This document shows positions 1-9,175 of a stretch of 64,000 bases of DNA, one piece after another. A program made the position numbers and the translations under genes. The DNA is from Candidatus Nealsonbacteria bacterium (GTDB lineage: Bacteria; Patescibacteriota; Minisyncoccia; Minisyncoccales; RBG-13-42-11), in assembly GCA_019923625.1 (NCBI GenBank), contig JAHXGN010000001.1:8939-72938 (forward strand). The letters run 5' to 3'. Each line of letters begins with the position of its first letter. The stretch's first letter is position 1. The notes under the pieces were generated by a model. It did not search any database. It saw only the letters and a list, made by a program, of their open reading frames with translations, and had not been told where the DNA came from.

Positions 1-1719
1 TCCCAAAAAACCAATTTCTTCTCCGTTGATTTTAATTTCGGCGCATTTTTCCTTGCTCCAAAGGGAAATTTCCGAATCTTCTGGTGTTGGACTGAAATGA
101 GACGAGGGTTCAGTGAACCAAATATTACTTATTGCCAATTTATTTAATAACAACTTTATGACTCCTTTTGCTTCATAAAAAGCGTCCTCGGCCATTATCG
201 CTCCGGCCAACATCTTTTTTTCCCGGCATTGTTTTTTACTTCCCCTTTCTTGTTTTTTGAAAAATATTTTTCCCAACTCAAAAATTTTAATTTCCTTGAA
301 ATGGGCTTGGTTGGTTTGAACGTTCTTCAACAGGTTGGCGATTAAGCTTGGTCTTAAATACTTATATTCATTGCTGGTCGGGTTCTCTATTTCAATTATT
401 TTTGAAAATTGGTAATTAAAAATTGAAAGGTCTTTTTGGCTGATAAATGAATAATTATAGGTTTCAACAAAGCCGGTTTCTTTTAGAATATTTTTTACCA
501 TCTCTTCCCAAAAAATATCAAGATTTTTTTGGGGCGGAATTAAAACCGAAACCGGAAGAAGGGAAGGAATTTTTTCATAGCCATAGATTCGGCCGATTTC
601 CTCAATCAAATCCTCGGGAATTGAAACATCAAGTCTCAATGTCGGCACCACAACTTCAATGTAACGAGGCCTTGCTTCGTTACATTTGAAATTCAAACTA
701 TTTAAAATATTTTTTATCTCTTTTTCCGGAATTTTAACTCCAAGCAAACTTTCAAGATAATCTAAATTTAATCCAATTGTTTTTGGCAAAATCTTCTTTG
801 GATAGAAATCAACTAAACCCTGAGCCACTTTGCCTTTGGCAATTTTTTGAATTAAATAAGCCGCTCTATTTATGGCAAACTCTGTTAAATTAGGATCTAT
901 TCCATGCTCAAACCTTAAAGAGGCGTCGGTTTTGAGATTTAATTTTTTAGAACCCCTTCTTATAATTTGGGAGTTAAAATTAGCTGACTCCAAAACCACT
1001 GTTTTTGTTTTCTTGTCAATTTCGGCTTTTTTACCACCTTTAATTCCGGCAATAGCTAAGGGTTCCTTAATATCTGCGATGACCAGAATATCTTCATCTA
1101 AATCGTATTTCTTATTGTCTAAAGTAATAATTTTCTCACCTTTTTTAGCTTTCCGGACAATTATTTTTTTAATTTGGGTTTTTGCCACAGCCCTTATTAA
1201 TGGGCTATGGTTGGATTTCGGATTTACGTCTTTGAGTTTTTCGAGATCGAAAGCGTGCAAGGGTTGTCCGGTTTCTAACATCACATAGTTTGCAATATCA
1301 ACTATATTATTTATTGGCCGAAGACCGCAAACTTTTAATCTATCTTTTAGCCATTTTGGCGAAGAACCGATTTTAACATCATTAATCACCCTAACAGTAT
1401 ATCTTGGACAGGCAGTTTTATTTTTAACTTCTAAGTTAACAAAATCCTTTGCTTTAAGTTTCTTATCTTCCTTAATTACAGAGAACGGTTCTCTGTAACT
1501 TAAGCCGGTGATGGCTGATATCTCACGAGCAATGCCTAAGTGAGAAAAACAATCTCCTGCCCTATTCGGCCTAATATCAATGGTCAAAATAAAATCTTTA
1601 GCCACTCCCTTTATTTCCTCTATCTCAAAAGAATGCATTGTCAAAAGCTCAGCCAATTCTTCTGGCTGGGGGAGTTTTTTCTTGAAAAAAGATTGTAGCC
1701 AATTATAAGAGAATTTCAT
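1..1719 (-). CDS. pheT: Phenylalanine--tRNA ligase beta subunit (3' end runs off the window)
   Basis: Manual translation from ATG at 1719: MKFSYNWLQSFF...IDIRPNRAGDCFSHLG...RLDVSIPEDLIEEIGRIYGY; directly downstream of pheS. Confidence 0.93.
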   Translation of the reverse strand, partial: MKFSYNWLQSFFKKKLPQPEELAELLTMHSFEIEEIKGVAKDFILTIDIRPNRAGDCFSHLGIAREISAITGLSYREPFSVIKEDKKLKAKDFVNLEVKNKTACPRYTVRVINDVKIGSSPKWLKDRLKVCGLRPINNIVDIANYVMLETGQPLHAFDLEKLKDVNPKSNHSPLIRAVAKTQIKKIIVRKAKKGEKIITLDNKKYDLDEDILVIADIKEPLAIAGIKGGKKAEIDKKTKTVVLESANFNSQIIRRGSKKLNLKTDASLRFEHGIDPNLTEFAINRAAYLIQKIAKGKVAQGLVDFYPKKILPKTIGLNLDYLESLLGVKIPEKEIKNILNSLNFKCNEARPRYIEVVVPTLRLDVSIPEDLIEEIGRIYGYEKIPSLLPVSVLIPPQKNLDIFWEEMVKNILKETGFVETYNYSFISQKDLSIFNYQFSKIIEIENPTSNEYKYLRPSLIANLLKNVQTNQAHFKEIKIFELGKIFFKKQERGSKKQCREKKMLAGAIMAEDAFYEAKGVIKLLLNKLAISNIWFTEPSSHFSPTPEDSEISLWSKEKCAEIKINGEEIGFLG

Positions 1720-1720
1720 A

Positions 1721-2515
1721 TTAAAATTGTTGTAGAAATCTCATGTCGCCCGAACGGAACAACCTAATATCATTAATTTTATACTTAAGCATGGTTAATC
1801 TTTCCAAGCCAAAACCGAATGCCCAGCCCTGCCAGTCCCTGGGGATTAATTTTGAGTTTTTAAAAACATTGGGGTGAACCATGCCGGCTCCGGCCACTTC
1901 AAGCCAACCGCTTTTTTTACAAACCAAACATCCTTTACCTTTGCATATAACACAACTTATGCCAACATCAAAACCAGGCTCAACAAATGGAAAATAATCC
2001 GGTTTTAACCTGAATTTAACATCTTTCTCAAAAAATCTGCGGAAAAACTCTCTGACAATGGCTTTTAAATTAGCCACCGAGATTTTTTTATCAACCATTA
2101 ATCCTTCGATTTGAAAGGGCTGAAATTCGTGAGAAGCATCGGTTGCTTCATGTCTGTAAATATTTCCAGGAACAATTATTCTTAAAGGAGGATTATTTTT
2201 TTCCATATAGCGAACCTGAACTGGTGAAGTATGAGTTCGTAAAAGGAGCTTAGCTCCTTTGTCTTTGAGCCACAAGGTATCCCATAGATCTCTTGCCGGA
2301 TGGTCTTTTGGTATATTCAAAGCGTCAAAATTATACCATTCTGTTTCTATGTCCGGGCCTTCAATTATTGAAAAACCCATTGACTGAAAAATTTCCTCGC
2401 ATTTTCTTTTGGTAATGGTAAGGGGATGTAAATGGCCTATCTTAATTTTTTTTCCCGGAACCGTAATGTCAAAGCGGTCCTGATTTTCAAAAAATTTTAA
2501 ATTTATTTTTGCCAT
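1721..2515 (-). CDS. pheS: Phenylalanine--tRNA ligase alpha subunit (short, no N-terminal coiled coil)
   Basis: GHLHP, NFDALNIPKDHPARD, LLRTHTSPVQ, YFPFVEP and FGFGLERL motifs. Confidence 0.96.
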   Translation of the reverse strand: MAKINLKFFENQDRFDITVPGKKIKIGHLHPLTITKRKCEEIFQSMGFSIIEGPDIETEWYNFDALNIPKDHPARDLWDTLWLKDKGAKLLLRTHTSPVQVRYMEKNNPPLRIIVPGNIYRHEATDASHEFQPFQIEGLMVDKKISVANLKAIVREFFRRFFEKDVKFRLKPDYFPFVEPGFDVGISCVICKGKGCLVCKKSGWLEVAGAGMVHPNVFKNSKLIPRDWQGWAFGFGLERLTMLKYKINDIRLFRSGDMRFLQQF

Positions 2516-2613
2516 ACTTCTACAGGGTATATTTTATCTTACCTTAATTTTTCTTTAAAATCAAGGGGTTAATAATTAACAGAAAAATGGCTACCTCATT
2601 TTTACACAGGGCC

Positions 2614-2641
2614 TTGCTTTTGCCAACACCTTTGGTATAAT
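2614..2641 (+). promoter_or_regulatory. Putative sigma70 promoter
   Basis: TTGCTT-16 nt-TATAAT with TGn extended -10, upstream of the 2686 gene cluster. Confidence 0.5.
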
Positions 2642-2685
2642 TATTTTAATGGTTTAGAGTTAAATAGCAGGAGCCCTTTTGTTCA

Positions 2686-3021
2686 ATGAAAAAACTTTTT
2701 CTCCAAATTATAGTTGGAATTTTGGGAATTTTTCTGGCTAAGGTTTTTATTCCCGGAGTGGAGCTTATTGGGGGAATTCAAATTTTAATTTTTAGCGGAG
2801 TTATTTTGGGTTTAATTAATTTTTTTATTAAACCGATTTTAAAAATAATCACCTTTCCTTTAAAAATTTTAACTTTCGGTTTTTTCAGTTTGATTTTAAA
2901 TATAGCCATAATTTGGTTTGTTGATTTTATCGTTCCGGGTTTAAAAATTATCGGATTTTTGCCCCTTTTGGGAACAACGTTTATTATTTGGGCATTAAAT
3001 CTAATTTTCTTAAAATTTTAA
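2686..3021 (+). CDS. Four-TM membrane protein (YvlD / phage holin superfamily IV-like)
   Basis: LGLINFFIKPILKIITFPLKILTFGFFSLILN signature; four hydrophobic segments. Confidence 0.8.
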   Translation: MKKLFLQIIVGILGIFLAKVFIPGVELIGGIQILIFSGVILGLINFFIKPILKIITFPLKILTFGFFSLILNIAIIWFVDFIVPGLKIIGFLPLLGTTFIIWALNLIFLKF

Positions 3022-3025
3022 AACT

Positions 3026-3103
3026 TTTCAATGTTCAATGAGTTTTCAACTCATTTCACCTTTCAATGTTCAATGAGTTTTCAACTCATTTCACCTTTCA
3101 ATG
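3026..3103. repeat. 35-nt tandem duplication containing a hairpin (family B-like)
   Basis: TTTCAATGTTCAATGAGTTTTCAACTCATTTCACC x2 plus a partial third copy. Confidence 0.85.
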
Positions 3104-3316
3104 AAAGATTTATTACCTTTTTTCCAAATCGGAGTAGCTGTTTTTTTAATTATTTTTATTCTTTTGCAGCAAAGGGGAAGCGGCTTGGGCTCGGTTTTTG
3201 GAGGCGGCGGTGGGTCTTATTCCACCAAAAGAGGAATTCAGAAAAAAATTTTCTGGGCAACAATAATTTTAGGGGGGTTGTTTATTATCTTAGCCCTTCT
3301 CAATCTCATTCTTTAG
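3101..3316 (+). CDS. secG: Preprotein translocase subunit SecG
   Basis: ILLQQRGSGLGSVFGG motif, two TM helices. Confidence 0.93.
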   Translation: MKDLLPFFQIGVAVFLIIFILLQQRGSGLGSVFGGGGGSYSTKRGIQKKIFWATIILGGLFIILALLNLIL

Positions 3317-3340
3317 GTCTTTACTCTTAAATTACAATAA

Positions 3341-5356
3341 ATGTCTTTTATTTTAAAAACAAAAAATTTTTTTATTTCCTTTTTGTTTAAAAAATGGCCT
3401 TCCATTTCCCAGTGGCTTCAATTGCCAGAAACGTTCAAAAAAGAAGAGAAAATCGTTTTTTCCTTTTTTTTGATTTTATTTTCAAGCTCCTTGATTTTTT
3501 TGGGAATCAATTTTTATTTTAAAAATACTCTGATTAAACCGGCTGAGGGCGGTTTTTTTACCGAAGGAGTTGTCGGTCAACCAAGGTTCATTAATCCGCT
3601 TTATGGAATTTCTGATATTGACAGGGACTTAATTGAATTGATTTTCTCCGGCCTTATGAAACATACTCTTGAGGGGAAAATCGTTCCGGATTTAGCTAAA
3701 AAAGAACCAAAAATAAAGGAAGACGGAAAAATTTTTGAATTTTACTTAAAAGAAAATCTTTTTTGGTCCGATGGCCACCCCCTGACCGCAGATGATGTTG
3801 TTTTTACCATTGAAACAATCCAAAATCCGGACCTAAAAAGCCCTTTAAGGCCGGCTTGGCTGGGAGTGGAGGTGGAAAAAATATCTGAGACAGCTATTCG
3901 TTTTAGATTGAGAAGACCTTATTTTCCCTTTTTGGAAAATGCCACTCTTAAAATAATCCCAAAGCATATCTGGCAAGCTCTTCCAATTCAAAATTTTCAT
4001 CTGGCAATCTACAATTTAAAACCGATTGGCTCCGGACCTTATAAATTAAAAAGGTTGGGACAAGACCAATTGGGAATCATTCGCTCTTTAACTTTAACGA
4101 GAAATGAGAGGTATCATGGTCAAAAACCAAATATAAAAAAAATAAATTTCATTTTTTTTGAAGAAGAAAATGACTTAATAAAAAAAGTGGAAGAAAATCG
4201 GATTGATTCTTTTTCATTGGCTCATCCTAAATATTTCAAAAACATAGATAATTCATTGCTGGTTTATCGTTTTTCTCTGCCAAGATATTTTGCCGTCTTT
4301 TTTAATCCGGAAAAATCAGAAATTTTAGCTCAAAAACAAATTAGAAGGGCTCTGAATTACGCCACTAATAAAAAAGAAATTGCTAAAAAGGTCTTTATTG
4401 AAAACACTCGGGTTGTTGATTCTCCTATTTTGCCCGATATTTACGCCATTTCTCCCCCTGATTTCACCTATCAATTTAATTTGAAAAAAGCTGAAGAAAT
4501 TTTAGATGAAATCGGCTTTTTAAAAAGAGATGATGGTAAAAGAGAAAAAATAATAAAAAAAGAACCGGCTTTTCAGTTCAAATCCAACCTCTCATTAAAT
4601 TCGCGGGGAATAGAAGTTAGAAAACTTCAAGAATGTTTAGCCGGGCTTCCGAAAATTTATCCCGAGGGTGAAATTACCGGTCATTTTGGACAAAAGACAA
4701 GGAAGGCGGTAATAAAGTTTCAGGAAAAATACCCTGAGGAAATTTTAAAACCTTTTGGGTTGAAAAAAGGAACCGGCCGGGTTTTAGAAGCGACCAGGTT
4801 AAAATTAAATGAAATTTGTTTTCCTTCAAAAGAAGAAAAAATTCCTCTTAAATTCAGCTTGGTTACGGTTAATCAACCGATTCTCAAAGAAATCTCTTTT
4901 CTTTTAAAAAATCAATGGCAGTTGGCCGGATTTGAATTAGAACTAATTTTTGTTGAAATTTCTGATTTAGAAAAAGATTTTATTAGGCCGAGGGAATACG
5001 AAGCCATTCTTTTTGGCCAGGCCATGGGGATTTTACCAGACCCTTTTCCCTTCTGGCATTCTTTACAAAAAGAAAATCCGGGTTTAAATTTAGCCCTTTA
5101 CCATAATAGAGAAGTTGATAGATTATTAGAAAGAATTAGGGAGAATCAAAATGAAGAAGCGAGAAAAAAAGAATTGGAAGAATTTCAAAATATTTTAATT
5201 GAAGAGGCGCCAGCCGTATTTTTAGTTAATCCTGATTATCTTTATTTTGTTTCCCCGAAAATTAAAGGTATAAAAGAGGGAATAATCGTTAATCCCTCAA
5301 AAAGATTTATTGAAATTGAAAATTGGTATCTTAAAACTAAAAGAGTCTGGAAATAA
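3341..5356 (+). CDS. Family 5 (OppA/DppA-like) ABC substrate-binding protein with internal peptidoglycan-binding domain
   Basis: N-terminal TM, WSDGHPLTADDVVFT, PIGSGPYKL; inserted segment GIEVRKLQECL...TGHFGQKTRKAVIKFQ. Confidence 0.85.
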   Translation: MSFILKTKNFFISFLFKKWPSISQWLQLPETFKKEEKIVFSFFLILFSSSLIFLGINFYFKNTLIKPAEGGFFTEGVVGQPRFINPLYGISDIDRDLIELIFSGLMKHTLEGKIVPDLAKKEPKIKEDGKIFEFYLKENLFWSDGHPLTADDVVFTIETIQNPDLKSPLRPAWLGVEVEKISETAIRFRLRRPYFPFLENATLKIIPKHIWQALPIQNFHLAIYNLKPIGSGPYKLKRLGQDQLGIIRSLTLTRNERYHGQKPNIKKINFIFFEEENDLIKKVEENRIDSFSLAHPKYFKNIDNSLLVYRFSLPRYFAVFFNPEKSEILAQKQIRRALNYATNKKEIAKKVFIENTRVVDSPILPDIYAISPPDFTYQFNLKKAEEILDEIGFLKRDDGKREKIIKKEPAFQFKSNLSLNSRGIEVRKLQECLAGLPKIYPEGEITGHFGQKTRKAVIKFQEKYPEEILKPFGLKKGTGRVLEATRLKLNEICFPSKEEKIPLKFSLVTVNQPILKEISFLLKNQWQLAGFELELIFVEISDLEKDFIRPREYEAILFGQAMGILPDPFPFWHSLQKENPGLNLALYHNREVDRLLERIRENQNEEARKKELEEFQNILIEEAPAVFLVNPDYLYFVSPKIKGIKEGIIVNPSKRFIEIENWYLKTKRVWK

Positions 5357-5357
5357 A

Positions 5358-6233
5358 ATGAAAATTAAAAAAGCAGTCATTCCAGCGGCTGGCTGGGGAA
5401 CAAGATTTTTGCCCCAGACAAAAGCCATTCCAAAAGAAATGCTGCCTATTGTGGACAAACCGGTGATTCAATATGTGGTTGAGGAAGTGGCAAGTTCCGG
5501 AATTAAAGATATTATTATCATTACCGGTTGGCAAAAAAGGGCAATTGAGGACCATTTTGACAATTCTTTTGAATTGACCAAATTTTTGGAGACAAAAGGC
5601 AAAGAAAAGGAAATATCCGAAATTAAAAAAATTTCTCAATTGGCCAATTTTATTTATCTTCGTCAAAAAAGCGAGTATTATGGAAATGCCATTCCGGTTT
5701 TAACCGCCGAACCGGTTATCGGCCAAGAACCGTTTGTGGTCATTTGGGGTGATGAATTTATTTTGTCTCAACCGCCAAGATTATGGCAAATGCTGAATGT
5801 CTATGAAAAAAGAAAGGGTATAATAATTTCCGGCGTCAGAATTAAAAATAAACAAGAACTCTCTCGATATGGTATTGCTGAAATAAAGCCCCTGAAAGAT
5901 AATATTTTTAAAATTAAAAAAATAGTGGAAAAGCCGTCTCCAAAAGAAGCTCCCTCTAATTTGGCAACTCACGGAGCTTATATTCTTCCGCCTGAGATTT
6001 TTAAGATAATTAAAAATATGAAGCCCGGCCAGGGAGGTGAATTTTGGTTGGTGGAGGCTATTAATCAATTGATTAAAGATGGTTTTCCGGCTTTTGCCTG
6101 CGAAATAAAAAATGGAAAATATTATGATACCGGCAATAAACTTGAATATTTAAAAACAGTGGTTGAATTTGCCCTCTCTCATCCCGAACTTTCAAAAGAA
6201 TTTAAAGAGTTTTTAAAAAATTTAAAATTTTAA
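5358..6233 (+). CDS. galU: UTP--glucose-1-phosphate uridylyltransferase
   Basis: KAVIPAAGWGTRFLPQTKAIPKEMLPIVDKP; ATG at 5358 preferred. Confidence 0.93.
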   Translation: MKIKKAVIPAAGWGTRFLPQTKAIPKEMLPIVDKPVIQYVVEEVASSGIKDIIIITGWQKRAIEDHFDNSFELTKFLETKGKEKEISEIKKISQLANFIYLRQKSEYYGNAIPVLTAEPVIGQEPFVVIWGDEFILSQPPRLWQMLNVYEKRKGIIISGVRIKNKQELSRYGIAEIKPLKDNIFKIKKIVEKPSPKEAPSNLATHGAYILPPEIFKIIKNMKPGQGGEFWLVEAINQLIKDGFPAFACEIKNGKYYDTGNKLEYLKTVVEFALSHPELSKEFKEFLKNLKF

Positions 6234-6253
6234 AAATAAAATTTCTAAAATAA

Positions 6254-6336
6254 GCCGAGGTGATGAAACTGGAAAACATGCACGGTTCAGAGCCGTGTGC
6301 CCTAAGGGCTTGTGGGTTCAAGTCCCACCCTCGGCA
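6254..6336 (+). tRNA. tRNA-Leu(CAG), CCA not encoded
   Basis: Acceptor GCCGAGG/CCTCGGC, anticodon arm CACGG-TTCAGAG-CCGTG, long variable arm, GTTCAAGTC T-loop, discriminator A. Confidence 0.95.
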
Positions 6337-6338
6337 CT

Positions 6339-8018
6339 ATGACAATACAACCTAATCTTCGTTTAATTCCATTGGGTGGACTAGGAGAAGTGGGAAGGAA
6401 TATGATGCTTTTGGAATGGCAGAATAAAATCTTAATTATTGATGCCGGTCTTCGTATGCCGGAAGAGGGAATGCCGGGGATAGATTATATTATTCCCAAT
6501 ATCTCTTATCTGCAAGGAAAAGAGAAAAATGTTTTAGGAATAATTTTTACCCATGGCCACTATGACCATTTGGGCGGCCTTCCTTATTTGCTTTATCGTT
6601 TTCCTTTTCAAAATTATCCTATGTTTGCTTCGGGCTTAACTCAGGCCATTATTTTAAAAAGGCAAGGTGATTTTCCTTTTCAACCAAAATTAGAAATTGA
6701 AAGGGTAAAAGACGGTTCAAAAATTCAAATAGGGCCTTTTAAAATTGAATTTTTCAAACAGAATCACAATATTGCCGATAATTTGGGTCTTTTTATTGAA
6801 ACGCCCCTCGGCAATATTCTACATACTTCTGATTTTAAGTTTGATGAAAATCCGGTAAATGATTTACCAACCGATTTCAGAAAATTGAGAGAGTTTGGCA
6901 AAAGGGGTGTTTTGCTTTTAATGTCGGATTCAACCGGAGCCGAAGAAAGCGGTCATTCTTTTTCGGAAAAAGAAATTTTTGAAAACTTAGATAAAATTTT
7001 TAAATCAGCCAATGGCAGAATTATTGCCGCCACCTTCGGTTCTCTAATTAATAGAATTCAACAAATTATCACTCTGGCTGAAAAACATCAAAGAAAAGTG
7101 GCTCTTGATGGTTATACGATGAAAAGCAATGTTGAAATTTGCCGACAATTCGGCTATTTAAAAATAAAAAAAGATACTTTAATTAAGCCGAAGGAGATTA
7201 AAAATTATCCCGACCAAAAAATAACTCTTCTTTGTACCGGCGCTCAAGGAGAACCAGAAGCGGTTTTGATGAGAATTATCAACAAAGAATATAAATTCTG
7301 GCGTCTTAAAAAAGAAGATGTTGTTATTTTTTCTTCTTCGGTTATCCCGGGAAACGAAAGAACGGTTCAAATAGTCAAAGATGAGATTTTACGTCAGGGC
7401 GCTCAGATTTTCCATTATAAAATGATGGATATTCACGCCGGCGGCCATGCTCAACAGGAAGAACTGAAAGAAATGCTCAAAATAATGAAGCCGAAATTCT
7501 TTTTGCCAATTCACGGTCAATACTCAATGTTGGTCGCTCACAAACAATTAGGTAAAAATGTCGGGTTGTTAGAAAAAAATATTTTGGTGGCAGAAAATGG
7601 TCAAATTATTAATTTAAACCAAAAAAGAATTTTTATTGAAAAGGAAACCGCGCCCTCAAATTATATAATGGTTGATGGTTTAGGGGTTAATGATGTTGGT
7701 GAGGTTGTTTTAAGGGATCGTCAGATATTGGCTGAGGATGGAATGTTTGTTATTATAACCATAGTAGATAGACAAACCGGAAAAGTAAAAGGTTCACCGG
7801 ATATTATTTCCCGGGGATTTGTTTATTTAAGAGAGTCAAAGGAATTATTAAGAATAACCAGAAAAAGAATAATTGAAATTATTGATAAAGCCACTTTAGC
7901 CGGCGGTCCGGTAAATATAATTTATCTTAAAGATGAAATTAGAAATAAAATCGGCGATTTCTTATTCTCTAAGACCGAAAGAAGACCGATGATTCTGCCG
8001 GTAGTTATTGTCGTATAA
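6339..8018 (+). CDS. rnj: Ribonuclease J
   Basis: PLGGLGEVGRNM, THGHYDHLG, SDFKFD, HAGGH motifs; ATG at 6339 (track start lies inside the tRNA). Confidence 0.95.
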   Translation: MTIQPNLRLIPLGGLGEVGRNMMLLEWQNKILIIDAGLRMPEEGMPGIDYIIPNISYLQGKEKNVLGIIFTHGHYDHLGGLPYLLYRFPFQNYPMFASGLTQAIILKRQGDFPFQPKLEIERVKDGSKIQIGPFKIEFFKQNHNIADNLGLFIETPLGNILHTSDFKFDENPVNDLPTDFRKLREFGKRGVLLLMSDSTGAEESGHSFSEKEIFENLDKIFKSANGRIIAATFGSLINRIQQIITLAEKHQRKVALDGYTMKSNVEICRQFGYLKIKKDTLIKPKEIKNYPDQKITLLCTGAQGEPEAVLMRIINKEYKFWRLKKEDVVIFSSSVIPGNERTVQIVKDEILRQGAQIFHYKMMDIHAGGHAQQEELKEMLKIMKPKFFLPIHGQYSMLVAHKQLGKNVGLLEKNILVAENGQIINLNQKRIFIEKETAPSNYIMVDGLGVNDVGEVVLRDRQILAEDGMFVIITIVDRQTGKVKGSPDIISRGFVYLRESKELLRITRKRIIEIIDKATLAGGPVNIIYLKDEIRNKIGDFLFSKTERRPMILPVVIVV

Positions 8019-8027
8019 AATTTAGTT

Positions 8028-9005
8028 ATGAGAGTATTTAGCGGCATTAGGCCAACAGGAAAATTACATATTGGAAATTACTTGGGAGCGATAAAACAAT
8101 GGATTGAACTCCAAGAAAAAAATGAGTGTTTTTTTTGTATTGTTGATTGGCACGCCATTACCACTCCTTTTCAGCCGGAATTGTTGCAAAAAAACATTTC
8201 AGAACTGGCAATTTCTTATTTGGCCGTCGGCTTAAATCCGGAAAAATCTGCTCTCTTTGTCCAATCTCAAATTAAAGAGCATTCGGAATTGGCTTGGATT
8301 TTGGGAACAATTACGTCTGTCGGCGAATTAAAAAGAATGACCCAATTTAAGGAAAAATCAAAAAGACACAAAGAATATATCAATGCCGGACTTTTTAATT
8401 ATCCCCTTTTGATGGCAGCCGATATTCTGCTTTATCAAACGGAAATTGTGCCGGTTGGTAAAGACCAGCAACAACATGTTGAATTAGCCAGAACAATTGC
8501 CCGAAAATTCAATCAAAAATTCGGTCAAACTTTTAAAGAACCGAAAGTTTTACTTCAAAAAATTGGGGCGAAAATCATGTCTTTGGAGAACCCTAAAAAA
8601 AAGATGGGGAAAACCGATGACCCCGGGGGTTGTATCGGTTTGTTTGACGAACCAAAAATTATTGAAAAAAAGATAATGACCGCAGTCACTGACCCGGGAA
8701 AAGAAATTAAATATGACCTGAAAAGAAAGTCCGGCATTTCAAATCTGCTGACCATTTATTCTCTGTTTTCCGGAAAATCAATCAAGGAATTGGAAAAAAA
8801 ATTTAAAGGAAAAGGATATGCCGAGTTTAAAAAATCTTTATCAGGCCTTTTAATTGATTCTTTGGAACCTTTCCGGCGAAAAAAGAAAGAACTTCTGGCC
8901 AGAGAGGTCTATGTTAAGGAAATTTTAGAGCAGGGCAGAAAACGAGCCCAAATCATCGCCCAATCCACCATGCAAGAAGTCAAAAAGAAAATGGGTCTAA
9001 TTTAG
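8028..9005 (+). CDS. trpS: Tryptophan--tRNA ligase
   Basis: SGIRPTGKLHIGNYLG, YPLLMAADIL, VPVGKDQ, KMGKT. Confidence 0.97.
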   Translation: MRVFSGIRPTGKLHIGNYLGAIKQWIELQEKNECFFCIVDWHAITTPFQPELLQKNISELAISYLAVGLNPEKSALFVQSQIKEHSELAWILGTITSVGELKRMTQFKEKSKRHKEYINAGLFNYPLLMAADILLYQTEIVPVGKDQQQHVELARTIARKFNQKFGQTFKEPKVLLQKIGAKIMSLENPKKKMGKTDDPGGCIGLFDEPKIIEKKIMTAVTDPGKEIKYDLKRKSGISNLLTIYSLFSGKSIKELEKKFKGKGYAEFKKSLSGLLIDSLEPFRRKKKELLAREVYVKEILEQGRKRAQIIAQSTMQEVKKKMGLI

Positions 9006-9086
9006 TTCCTGCTAATTCCTATTTTTAATAACTTCTACTAATTTTCTTTTTCCACTACTTCTAATTTTTTCCTAGACCTCCATTAT

Positions 9087-9118
9087 ACCACTTAAGAAGC
9101 CATGGCTTGTTAAGTGGT
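9087..9118. repeat. 32-bp palindrome downstream of the PaaX-like gene
   Basis: ACCACTTAAGAAGCCATGGCTTGTTAAGTGGT; partner at 9801-9832. Confidence 0.9.
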
Positions 9119-9175
9119 TTAATTAAAGTTTAAACAAAATTTATTTATAAGATATTTTATCCAAAATATTCTATA

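Noticed and set aside
6312-6338. ORF-track upstream starts (rnj, rplX, rplE, rpsS, tuf, ychF, adk, tsf and others)
   Set aside because: The extensions overlap a tRNA, repeats or neighbouring genes; downstream ATGs match the conserved N-termini.
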